A DNA stretch of 64,000 nt. It comes from Minisyncoccia bacterium (GTDB taxonomy: Bacteria; Patescibacteriota; Minisyncoccia; UBA6257; JAAZHW01). The notes under the pieces were generated by a model. It searched no databases. It had not been told where the DNA came from and was given only the letters and a program-made list of their open reading frames with translations. The stretch covers positions 20,015 through 84,014 of the forward strand of contig JBNASH010000035.1 of assembly GCA_049720475.1 (NCBI GenBank), given 5' to 3'. Of the stretch, positions 49,601 through 57,459 are shown one piece after another (positions within the stretch are counted from its first letter, which is position 1; the number at the start of each line of letters is the position of its first letter). The translations under genes and the position numbers were made by a program.

Positions 49601-49934
49601 CTTCTTGAATTTTAGTCTCGTTCGTTTTTTTATTAACAAGTTTTAATTTAACCCTAAGCGCCGCTTCGTAGGTCAAATTTTTTTCTTGACTTTCTATTTC
49701 ATCAAACTTTGGCTGATCAAAATAGTAATCTTCAAAATATAATTCTAACTCTTTACCCGTATAATCTTTAACAGGAGAAATTTCATTAAATAGCTCCCTT
49801 AACCCCTCTTTTAAAAACCAATTATAAGAATTTATTTGAATTTCTGCTAAATGTGGTAAATGTTTTAATGTTTCTAAAAATCTAGGGGATTTGGCAAAAA
49901 TTTTTTGGGGCAGCATAATTATTTTATAAATCAA
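46635..49934 (-). CDS. rpoB: DNA-directed RNA polymerase subunit beta
   Basis: 1099 aa with conserved beta-subunit blocks. Directly upstream of rpoC. Confidence 0.95.
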   Translation of the reverse strand: MIYKIIMLPQKIFAKSPRFLETLKHLPHLAEIQINSYNWFLKEGLRELFNEISPVKDYTGKELELYFEDYYFDQPKFDEIESQEKNLTYEAALRVKLKLVNKKTNETKIQEVYFGEIPMMTSRGTFIVNGVERTVVSQIIRSSGLYLTAIQVRGRKLFGAKLIPNRGSWLEFETDLDSAIYVKIDRKRKVPATCLLRIFGLETNEEILKTFADVDNGKIRYIEKTLAKDIAKTKEESYVEIYRRIRPGDLATPDNAKGLIDGMFFREDRYDLGEVGRFKLNQRLNRKNGEIKEKTLTLKDLVEVIKLIISSNNNELAEPDDIDHLSNRRVRPVGELLQNRLRVGIMRLRRTIQERMSTLDIYNLVPAQLINARQMMAVVWEFFSTSQLSQFLAQENPLAELEHKRRLSAMGPGGLHRKRAGFEVRDVHPTHYGRICPIQTPEGQNVGLVTYLSTFARLNRFGFIETPYFKVNKGHITDEIVYLDAYEEEKYHIAHSNVNIDKNGKIIDELVEARYRGEPGFYHRDQIDLIDVSPFQILSVATSLIPFLEHDDANRAQMGSNMQRQAVSYMYSEAPLVATGLEGKAARDSGHVLVSEVDGEVVEVDGRHIKIKIKGSNDYKIYHLRTFVRANQYTCISQRPIVKKGQKIRKGDVLADSLQTKDGMLALGKNLLVAFISWGGANYEDAVILSERVVQNDLFTSIHIEDFVCDVRETKLGPEITTLDIPNVSLEKLKDLDEEGIVRIGAEVRSGDILVGKISPKGEGELTAEERLLRAIFGEKARDVKDTSLILKHGKRGRVVGIKIFSRDRGDKLEPGIIKRIQIEVAQRRLIRAGDKLAGRHGNKGVISKIVPVEDMPYLEDGTPVDIILNPLGVASRMNLGQILETHLGWAAHELGYQAIVPVFSGTTEEDIKKELKNAGLPEDGKVVLYDGRTGEPFENRVMVGYIYMMKLVHMVEDKVHMRSIGPYSLITQQPLGGKAQLGGQRFGEMEVWALEGYGAAYTLQEMLTIKSDDVKGRISTYESIVRGQEFKSPNIPASFHVLVNELKSLALSIELIGVKEKAKAEEEKESEGKLFAEAMEDNKYLENNQGQNQQPKEE

Positions 49935-50142
49935 TTATATTGTTTGACACTTAAAATTGGATTAATAAAGAAACATTGCCCAGGGGGGCATTAATTTATA
50001 ATTTTTTTATCTTTTTATCAAAAATTGAGTCAAAGTTTTGAAAAATAAATTATTTTAAATTATTTAAATAAAGTAACTAAATTTAGTTGATTGTATACTA
50101 TACTATTCAAAAAATTTTTTTTGTCAAGTATTTATTAAGCGA

Positions 50143-52680
50143 TTAATTCTGCTTCCGGGCTTCAAATTTTTCATTCTCATAAACTAATAAAACTTTGTCA
50201 CCAGCAGTAAAATCGTTTCTCAAAATTCCCTCAGCCAATAAACTTCTAATATTGTCGCTAATAGCATTTCTTAACGGCCTTGCGCCATAAACCGGGTCAT
50301 AACCAATTGCCACCAATTGTTTAATTACCGATTCATCAAAAATCAGTTCAATACCTTTTTCTTCTTTGAGATTTTTTGCCAAATCATTGAGCAATAAATT
50401 GGTAATAGCAATTAAATCTTCCGGTCGAAGAGGTCTAAAAACGATAATATCTGAAAAACGATTAAGTAATTCTGGTGGGAAATATTCGGTTAATCGCTTT
50501 TTTAATTCCGCTGCAATATCTTTAATATCAACTCCTTCTTCAATTCGTTGCTTAATTAAATTAGAATGAGCGTTGGATGTGGCAATAATGATAGTATTTG
50601 TAAAATCAATGATTCTGCCAAAATTATCGGTTAAACGACCATCATCAAAAACCGAAAGAAAAATATTAAGCAGATCAGGATGAGCCTTTTCAAATTCATC
50701 AAGCAAAATTAAAGCGTATGGTTTTTGACGAATTGACTCCGTTAAAATACCTGCCTTATCTCCTTCGGGCGTCCCAATAAAATCAAAAATGCTTTTTTTG
50801 TCCTGATATTGCGACATATCGAAACGAACCATTGCTTGTTCGGAACCAAACTGAATGCGCGCTAATGTTTTTGCCAATTCGGTTTTACCAACACCAGTTG
50901 GTCCAACAAAAAGAAAAGTTGCAATAGGACCGCCTTTTCTTGATAAACCTGCCCGGTATTCTCGCAAAGCCCTACTCACTTCTTTTACTGCCTCTTCTTG
51001 GTCAATTAAACGTTCGTGAATTATTTCTTCTAGATTAAGCAGTTTTTGCGCCTCTTCTTTGCTCGCCACCGTTAGAGGAACGTTAATTTTTTGTTGAGCC
51101 ACCCGCACAACATCTTCGCTTCTTACTATTTTTTGACCCAGATTTTTAACATCAGCAACTACTTCTTTCAAAAAATCATCAGCACTCAAAGGTAAGAGTT
51201 TGTCTCTAAAATATCGATGAGCGATATTAACAGCGTTTTTAATCGCCGGATAAGTAATTTGGATTTTAAATCTTTTTTCTAAAATTAAAGAAGAATAAAT
51301 CAGAAAAAGTATAGCCTCATTTTCGCTAATTTCTTCTACTCTTACAGTTTCAAATAAACTAATAAAATCTTTTTTGTCTTCTAATTCTCTTTTAAGAATA
51401 TCGGGTGTGGTAGAGCCGATTGTTTGAATCCCTGATTTAGATATCATTGGTATCAATATTTCAGCGGCTTGTAAATAACCCTGCGTTGAAGTTTTAAATA
51501 AATTATGAATATCAGGAATAAATAAAATAATATTATGGGCGACTAAAATTTCATTGATAATTTTTTTCAATCGTTCGGTAATAGTTATTGCATCACAACC
51601 CGCCACCAACTCATCAATTGACAACATTACTAATCTTTTATCAAAAAGTTCTCGCGGCACTTCATCTTTACTAATCAAATAAGCAACATGTCTGACAATA
51701 GCGCCAATACCAACTGATGGTTCACCAACTAAAAGAACATTATTATTGCTAGCCCGAGATAAGATATTAATTACTTGCCTTAATTCTTTTTCATGACCAA
51801 TCAAAAATCCAACCTTTTCCAAACGCGCTAAATTAGTTAAATCAGTGCTAAAATTATCTAATGTGGGCGTTGGTCGAGCGGTCCAAGCGCGATTCATGAT
51901 TCTTTGTCTTTTGTGTTTAAATTCTTTTACAAAAGCGCGTCGTTCTTCAGGTATCACTCGCCATTTTTTAACCTGACTTGCAAATTCGGCAAAAACAGCT
52001 GCTAAAGTGATATCTTTTTCATTCAGTCGAAAATAATTTTTTAATCGCTCAATTTCGCTGTTTTGAATATAAAAAATTGCCGAAAAAACATCTTTGCTTT
52101 TAATATAATTTCTATCGCGCAAAAAATAAGCGGCAGCCACCAATTCACTCACCATCTTAATAATCTCCCTCTTCGCCTTTTTTTCTGAATTTTTGCTTAA
52201 TAAATCATTGATGGCCGCTTCAACTTCTTCGGGTTCAAGTTCTAATTTTTTAAAGACATCTCGAAATCGTTTGGATGTTACAAATTCATTTAATAAATGC
52301 AGATAAAAATTGCCACCTTGTAAAATTGTTTTATCATAGGCGGATTCAATTATCTTTCTAATAGAAATTTCACAATAAGGCAAAAGATTTATTTTTAATT
52401 CGGGGTTTTTTAAAATTTGTTTTTCGAATTGACGGTTAAAAATTTTTTCGGGTCGATTCAAGTTAAGCAAGCGATCAAGAATAAAAAGCACCAAAAAATA
52501 GCCCAAAAATCTCAACGAAGATTCCCTCATTAAAATAAACATTACTGCTAAAACAGTAATTCCAACCCAAAACAAAATAACCATCCAACGCACAAAAACT
52601 CGTTCAAAAAATGTCATCTCCAAACGCGTATCACGATAAAAAAATTGTTCTTTGTTGCCAACGATATTCATACTAAGCAA
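50143..52680 (-). CDS. Membrane-anchored Hsp100/Clp-family AAA+ ATPase with a degenerate first nucleotide-binding domain
   Basis: Two N-terminal TM helices. D1 Walker A reads GEPSVGIGA (no Lys/Thr). D2 has an intact Walker A FVGPTGVGKTELAK and Walker B ILLDEFEKAH. No M-domain and no IG(F/L) ClpP-docking loop. Confidence 0.65.
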   Translation of the reverse strand: MLSMNIVGNKEQFFYRDTRLEMTFFERVFVRWMVILFWVGITVLAVMFILMRESSLRFLGYFLVLFILDRLLNLNRPEKIFNRQFEKQILKNPELKINLLPYCEISIRKIIESAYDKTILQGGNFYLHLLNEFVTSKRFRDVFKKLELEPEEVEAAINDLLSKNSEKKAKREIIKMVSELVAAAYFLRDRNYIKSKDVFSAIFYIQNSEIERLKNYFRLNEKDITLAAVFAEFASQVKKWRVIPEERRAFVKEFKHKRQRIMNRAWTARPTPTLDNFSTDLTNLARLEKVGFLIGHEKELRQVINILSRASNNNVLLVGEPSVGIGAIVRHVAYLISKDEVPRELFDKRLVMLSIDELVAGCDAITITERLKKIINEILVAHNIILFIPDIHNLFKTSTQGYLQAAEILIPMISKSGIQTIGSTTPDILKRELEDKKDFISLFETVRVEEISENEAILFLIYSSLILEKRFKIQITYPAIKNAVNIAHRYFRDKLLPLSADDFLKEVVADVKNLGQKIVRSEDVVRVAQQKINVPLTVASKEEAQKLLNLEEIIHERLIDQEEAVKEVSRALREYRAGLSRKGGPIATFLFVGPTGVGKTELAKTLARIQFGSEQAMVRFDMSQYQDKKSIFDFIGTPEGDKAGILTESIRQKPYALILLDEFEKAHPDLLNIFLSVFDDGRLTDNFGRIIDFTNTIIIATSNAHSNLIKQRIEEGVDIKDIAAELKKRLTEYFPPELLNRFSDIIVFRPLRPEDLIAITNLLLNDLAKNLKEEKGIELIFDESVIKQLVAIGYDPVYGARPLRNAISDNIRSLLAEGILRNDFTAGDKVLLVYENEKFEARKQN

Positions 52681-53035
52681 TAGCTTTAACTAATAAAAAG
52701 AAGGGCACAAAAGCCCAGAGTAAATAACAAAACATTACAAAAACGACCACAATTAAATAAATCAGCGACCCCAATAAAATTCTTAATGTTCTAAAAATAA
52801 ATCCTAAAATATAGCCAACAATGGTTCGATCTTGATAAAGAGGTTCAAACCAGTGTCGAATGGTGATTTTGACCGCAAAAATTTTATCCAATTTTTCTAA
52901 GTTTTTTAAAAGAAAATCCCAAAAACCAACAAAACTATTAACATACCAATCTTTTAAAAAGATTTTGATTCTTTTAAAAGCAAGGGAAAAAAGGTAAAAA
53001 ATGGCGAATCGATTCATAATTAAATTATATATCAA
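52673..53035 (-). CDS. Small hypothetical membrane protein (120 aa)
   Basis: Hydrophobic ORF overlapping the Clp-like gene start by 8 nt. Confidence 0.35.
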   Translation of the reverse strand: MIYNLIMNRFAIFYLFSLAFKRIKIFLKDWYVNSFVGFWDFLLKNLEKLDKIFAVKITIRHWFEPLYQDRTIVGYILGFIFRTLRILLGSLIYLIVVVFVMFCYLLWAFVPFFLLVKAIA

Positions 53036-53041
53036 AATATT

Positions 53042-53608
53042 TTATTTATCCATTTGCCTCAAAGAAAATTCACAGCCACAATATTTCTGATGATAAAGAT
53101 TTAATTTTTTGGCCAATTCTCTCGTTTTTTTCCACAATTCTTTTTTATCTTTTTGAAACATCTTTTCAATCTCTGAAAAAGCTAAAAAAGTAATTTCTCC
53201 ATTCAAACTCATTTTCCTGCCTATTTCATTTATTAAATCTTCTGATTTATAAGGGCTAATTGGTAGTGTTGTTGAAAAATATTTAATTTTGTTTTGAAGC
53301 GCATAATCTATTGTTTTCCCCAAACGTTCTTGAAAACAAACTTCGCATCTTTTTCCTCCTTCGGCTTCTTTTTCTAGCCCCTTTACTTTTTCTACCCAAC
53401 TATCATGATCGTACTTTTCAACAATTAAATCCACTTGATACTCTTGAGCCAATTTTTTAACCGATTCCAAACGCTTGTAATATTCCTCTTCTGGCCAAAT
53501 GTTTGAATTGCAATAATACAAAATCACTTCAAATTTTTCTTTTAAAAGTTCGATGAGATAAGCGCCACAAACTGCGCAACAAATATGTAATAAAATTTTT
53601 TCTTTCAT
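53042..53608 (-). CDS. queH: Epoxyqueuosine reductase QueH (DUF208 family)
   Basis: LLHICCAVCGAY Cys cluster and a C-terminal CGCE motif. 4-nt overlap with tgt. Confidence 0.65.
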   Translation of the reverse strand: MKEKILLHICCAVCGAYLIELLKEKFEVILYYCNSNIWPEEEYYKRLESVKKLAQEYQVDLIVEKYDHDSWVEKVKGLEKEAEGGKRCEVCFQERLGKTIDYALQNKIKYFSTTLPISPYKSEDLINEIGRKMSLNGEITFLAFSEIEKMFQKDKKELWKKTRELAKKLNLYHQKYCGCEFSLRQMDK

Positions 53609-54708
53609 ATTTTATTCTTCTTTATCGCCTGACGAATTTCTCTGATTAAATCAAGATAAAATTTTAAATTATGGAGAGTGGCCAGACGGTAATAAAGCAG
53701 TTCGTTATTTTTATAAAGATGGTGTAAATAGGCCAGACTAAAATTCCGGCAGTTTTCACAATCACAATATAGATCTAATTTTTTACTACTTTCTTTATAT
53801 TTGCTTTTGCCAATTTCAACAATCTCATATTTTAAATTATTGTTAATTAAAATATTCTTATTTTTTCTCACAAAAAGCTCGCCATGACGCGCATGGCGCG
53901 TTGGAATCACACAATCAAACATATCTATACCCTTTAAAATAGCTTTAAAAATTTGTTCTGGGTAACCAACGCCCATTAAATAACGTGGTTTATTTTGCGG
54001 TAAATGCGGGATTAAAAAATCTATCATCTCAAACATTTTCTTCTCTGGCTCGCCAACAGCCAACCCACCAATCGCATAACCATCAAAATCAAGCATTAAT
54101 AATTCATTTAAGCTTTTTTCTCTTAAATCCTTATAAATTCCTCCTTGAATAATTCCAAAAATTAAATTTTTAAAATGTGTCCGCTCAGCATAACGCTTTG
54201 ATCTTTTGGCCCATAAAGTAGTGATCTCCACCGCTTTTTTGACTTCTTCTTTTTTGGAAGGATAACCCACGCAATAATCCAATACCATCGCAATATCAGA
54301 ATTAAAATTTTTTTGAATGTCTAAAACTTTTTCAGGGGTTAAAAAAATTTTTTGGCCATCAACTTCTGAACGAAATTCTACTCCAGCTAAGTTAATTTTT
54401 CTTAATGGCGATAAAGAAAAAACTTGGTAGCCACCGGAATCGGTTAAAATCGGCCTCTGCCAATTCATAAAACCATGGAGTCCATTTAATTTTTTTATAA
54501 TTTTATCGCCCGGTCGTTGAAAAAGATGATAAGTATTGGCTAAAATAATTTCCGTGCCAATATTCAAAAGATCATTGCTTGTTAAAGCCTTAACGCTGCC
54601 ACGAGTAGCAATAGGCATAAAAAAGGGTGTTTTAATTGCTCCATGTAAAGTTTTTAATTCACCCAAACGGGCAGCGCTTTTTTTAGATTTTTTAATTACT
54701 TTAAACAT
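53605..54708 (-). CDS. tgt: Queuine tRNA-ribosyltransferase
   Basis: LTDSGGYQVFSL catalytic Asp, LMGVGYPEQIF, and the Zn site CDCENCRNF ... H. Confidence 0.85.
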   Translation of the reverse strand: MFKVIKKSKKSAARLGELKTLHGAIKTPFFMPIATRGSVKALTSNDLLNIGTEIILANTYHLFQRPGDKIIKKLNGLHGFMNWQRPILTDSGGYQVFSLSPLRKINLAGVEFRSEVDGQKIFLTPEKVLDIQKNFNSDIAMVLDYCVGYPSKKEEVKKAVEITTLWAKRSKRYAERTHFKNLIFGIIQGGIYKDLREKSLNELLMLDFDGYAIGGLAVGEPEKKMFEMIDFLIPHLPQNKPRYLMGVGYPEQIFKAILKGIDMFDCVIPTRHARHGELFVRKNKNILINNNLKYEIVEIGKSKYKESSKKLDLYCDCENCRNFSLAYLHHLYKNNELLYYRLATLHNLKFYLDLIREIRQAIKKNKI

Positions 54709-54710
54709 AT

Positions 54711-55985
54711 TTAAAATAAGGTGCTGGTTGGAGCTATTACTTCATTTTCTCCAAAAATTTTTATCTTTCCATACTCGCCATCAAAACCAGGTCGAATATT
54801 TAATTTACCATTGCGCACCCGATCAATCGCCTCTTTTAATTCATAGCTCGACTCTTTTTCAATTTCTTTCAGATCCACATCTAATAAAATTTTAAGTTCG
54901 TTACCAAAAATATTAATTAATCTTTCAAATTCATTTTGAACCTTTTTTGATTGCGGTGTTGTTTTTAAAACCTCGGCCAAAATTTCTTCTAACGGAACCA
55001 TCTTTTTGTATGGCGGCCGATCTTTAGCAATATAATTTTCATCCCGATCAGCCAAATCTTCCACTCGATGCATTACTCCAATGGTCAATGGCCGGTGGCA
55101 TTTAGAACAAATGTTGTTTAATTTTTTGCTTTCCTTTGGCGATAAAACTACATTACATAATCTATGGCCATCATAATGATATTTCCCTTCTTCTGGGAAA
55201 AATTCAATAGTGAAAAGAAACTTTTGTGAATTTTTGCGATAATTAACCGGGATGCCAAATTTGATTGCTTCAATAATTTCTTTATAAGAAAGTTCGGTAT
55301 CGAAAACATTTGCTTCGCGACCAATTTTTGATAAAGAATGAGAGTCGGAATTAGAAATAATGGCTAAATTATCTAGCCGGGATAAACGCCAATTCATCTG
55401 AGGATCAGAAGACAAACCCGTTTCAATAGCAAAAATTTTAGGAGTGTATTCTTTGCCGAAGCATTCCTCTAAAGAATCGAATCCCGACATTGAGCCAAAA
55501 AGCGAAAACCAAGGCGTCCAAATATGAGCAGGGATTATAACAATTTCATCTGAAATAGAAAAAAGAAGCTTACAAAGTTCAATTGTTGATAATCCCAAAA
55601 TCGGCCGACCATCAGATGCTAAATTCCCTTGCCAACTTAGAGCCACATTAATTTTTTCCACCACTTCAAAAGATGGCGCTAAAATTAAATGATGAATTCT
55701 TCGCGTTTTACCGCCCTGAGAATAAATGCAAGAGATTTCTGTTGACAAAATAAAGCGGCTAATGTTTTTTTCATCATTGTCTTTCTTAAATTTAAACAAA
55801 CCGGGTTCAGCCGGCTCTAAATTTTCTTTTAATTCTTGAAACCATTGGGGATGGGTAAAATCGCCTGTTCCTAAAATATTAATCCCTTTCTTTTTCATCC
55901 ATAAATTTAAATTTTCAACCGTAATATCTCGCGCGGTCGCTCGAGAAAAACGAGAATGAATATGAAAATCGGCAATTAACTTCAT
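54711..55985 (-). CDS. PHP-domain phosphoesterase with a Zn ribbon, endonuclease Q-like (COG1379 family)
   Basis: N-terminal FHIHSRFSRA metal-binding motif. 424 aa. Internal C-x-x-C / CSKCH cysteine cluster. Confidence 0.5.
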   Translation of the reverse strand: MKLIADFHIHSRFSRATARDITVENLNLWMKKKGINILGTGDFTHPQWFQELKENLEPAEPGLFKFKKDNDEKNISRFILSTEISCIYSQGGKTRRIHHLILAPSFEVVEKINVALSWQGNLASDGRPILGLSTIELCKLLFSISDEIVIIPAHIWTPWFSLFGSMSGFDSLEECFGKEYTPKIFAIETGLSSDPQMNWRLSRLDNLAIISNSDSHSLSKIGREANVFDTELSYKEIIEAIKFGIPVNYRKNSQKFLFTIEFFPEEGKYHYDGHRLCNVVLSPKESKKLNNICSKCHRPLTIGVMHRVEDLADRDENYIAKDRPPYKKMVPLEEILAEVLKTTPQSKKVQNEFERLINIFGNELKILLDVDLKEIEKESSYELKEAIDRVRNGKLNIRPGFDGEYGKIKIFGENEVIAPTSTLF

Positions 55986-56560
55986 AATTTATAAATATAA
56001 ATTGTTTCTAATTTTTTAGGAGATTCTATTATTTTTATCGGTTTTAAAGTGGGAAAGGTAAAAGTATTAGAAATAACAATTGATCCTTTTTTCGCTTCTT
56101 TTTTTATTTTTGGTTCTAATTTTAAAAGAAGTTCGGGAAAAAGAAAAGTATAAATATAGTCAAATTGCGATAAATTAACTTTGAATATATCGGCGCAATA
56201 AAATTTTAAATTAGACCGACGATTAAAAATTTTTGCAAATAAATAAAGCAGTTGATTATTTTCATAACCAACAAATTGAACCTTTGGAAATTTTTTGGCC
56301 AAGTCATAAATAAATCCCCCATCGCCAGATCCTAAATCACAAAAACTATTATTTGGTTTCAAAATATCCAGTTCTTTTAATCGTTCTACAATAATCTTTT
56401 TTGATTTCACAAAGGGCACCCCTGTCTTTAAACTTGAGATCCAAAAGGCCAAAAAAATAAATAATAAAACAACTCCTAATAAAACCAAAACAAATAAAAT
56501 AAAAAATAAAATAAAATAAGCGAATGGCAAAGAGAAATCCATAAAGCAATTATACCGCAA
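55982..56560 (-). CDS. Class I SAM-dependent methyltransferase with an N-terminal TM segment
   Basis: CDLGSGDGGFIYDLA glycine-rich SAM motif I. Hydrophobic N-terminus. 4-nt overlap with the next gene. Confidence 0.55.
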   Translation of the reverse strand: MRYNCFMDFSLPFAYFILFFILFVLVLLGVVLLFIFLAFWISSLKTGVPFVKSKKIIVERLKELDILKPNNSFCDLGSGDGGFIYDLAKKFPKVQFVGYENNQLLYLFAKIFNRRSNLKFYCADIFKVNLSQFDYIYTFLFPELLLKLEPKIKKEAKKGSIVISNTFTFPTLKPIKIIESPKKLETIYIYKL

Positions 56561-56627
56561 AAAATCAAAAAAGAAAGTTTGAAAAAAAAGATTTTGTCAT
56601 TATAATAACAAAAGAGTATTGGCCCTT

Positions 56628-56715
56628 GGAGGCGTGGCCGAGTGGTTTATGGCGCTGGTCTTGAAAACCAGTTGAGGGCAAAACCCTCTCGGAGGTTCGA
56701 ATCCTCCCGCCTCCG
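56628..56715 (+). tRNA. tRNA-Ser (anticodon TGA), class II
   Basis: Acceptor GGAGGCG/CGCCTCC, anticodon stem CTGGT/ACCAG, loop CTTGAAA, long variable arm, T-arm GGTTCGAATCC. Confidence 0.85.
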
Positions 56716-56725
56716 CTAAATAAAA

Positions 56726-56760
56726 TATCCCACACTTTGGTGGGACATTTTGTTTTTTAT
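56726..56760 (+). terminator. Rho-independent terminator after tRNA-Ser
   Basis: TCCCAC-loop-GTGGGA followed by CATTTTGTTTTTTATTTT. Confidence 0.5.
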
Positions 56761-57407
56761 TTTCTACATTTCACAGCGGTTTTTTTATCAAAATTAATAT
56801 CGAAATCATCAAAAACTGGTTTTAGCCGATTCTGAAAAACATAAAGCAGAGGAATCATTATTTCCCGCATTTGCGGATGAGAGGCTGGACTACAACGTAA
56901 AGCAAAAATGTGTCGCCATTCACGCAGATTTGCCGTAACAAAAACTTCGGTTTTTAAAGAATTAGGCAAAACACTTCTAGCCTCTTCGGGTTTTAAACCA
57001 TGTTTTCTTAAATTAAAATAAAATTCTTCAGCGGCCTTCATTGCCTTTTCCCAAATTTTGTATTCTTTTGTTCCTTCTTGCAAAAAACAGGGTTTAATAA
57101 AAATCAGCTCCCCTTTTTTCTGATAATCACAATAACGCGTTGATTCCTGAGTATAACTCGCTATTCGATGTCTGACTAATTCATGGGATACGCCCCGATC
57201 GCAAATGATAATAACAGATATTTCCACGTGTTCCAAAACACTTTCGTGGCCCATTTTAATCAATCTTCTTACAAAATCTTCAGCTGATTCCGGAGTAATT
57301 CTGTCTTCGCTTTTGTGCGCAATTCTACCGGCTCGTTCTATTTTTTTCAAAATAGATTCCCTCTCTAAATAAGTGACAATTTCAAAAGACGGCTCAATAA
57401 TTTGCAT
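56757..57407 (-). CDS. thyX: Flavin-dependent thymidylate synthase ThyX
   Basis: ThyX motif RHRIASYTQESTRY (RHRxxSxxxxSxR). Confidence 0.85.
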   Translation of the reverse strand: MQIIEPSFEIVTYLERESILKKIERAGRIAHKSEDRITPESAEDFVRRLIKMGHESVLEHVEISVIIICDRGVSHELVRHRIASYTQESTRYCDYQKKGELIFIKPCFLQEGTKEYKIWEKAMKAAEEFYFNLRKHGLKPEEARSVLPNSLKTEVFVTANLREWRHIFALRCSPASHPQMREIMIPLLYVFQNRLKPVFDDFDINFDKKTAVKCRK

Positions 57408-57459
57408 TATCGCCTCCTTATTTAAAAATTAAATTGCCATTCCTTTTATACTCTATTTT

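Noticed and set aside
49935-50142. Promoter call for rpoB in the 208-bp upstream region
   Set aside because: There are several AT-rich hexamer candidates (for example TTGACT ... ATAAAA), but none with convincing spacing and conservation. It is left unannotated rather than guessed.
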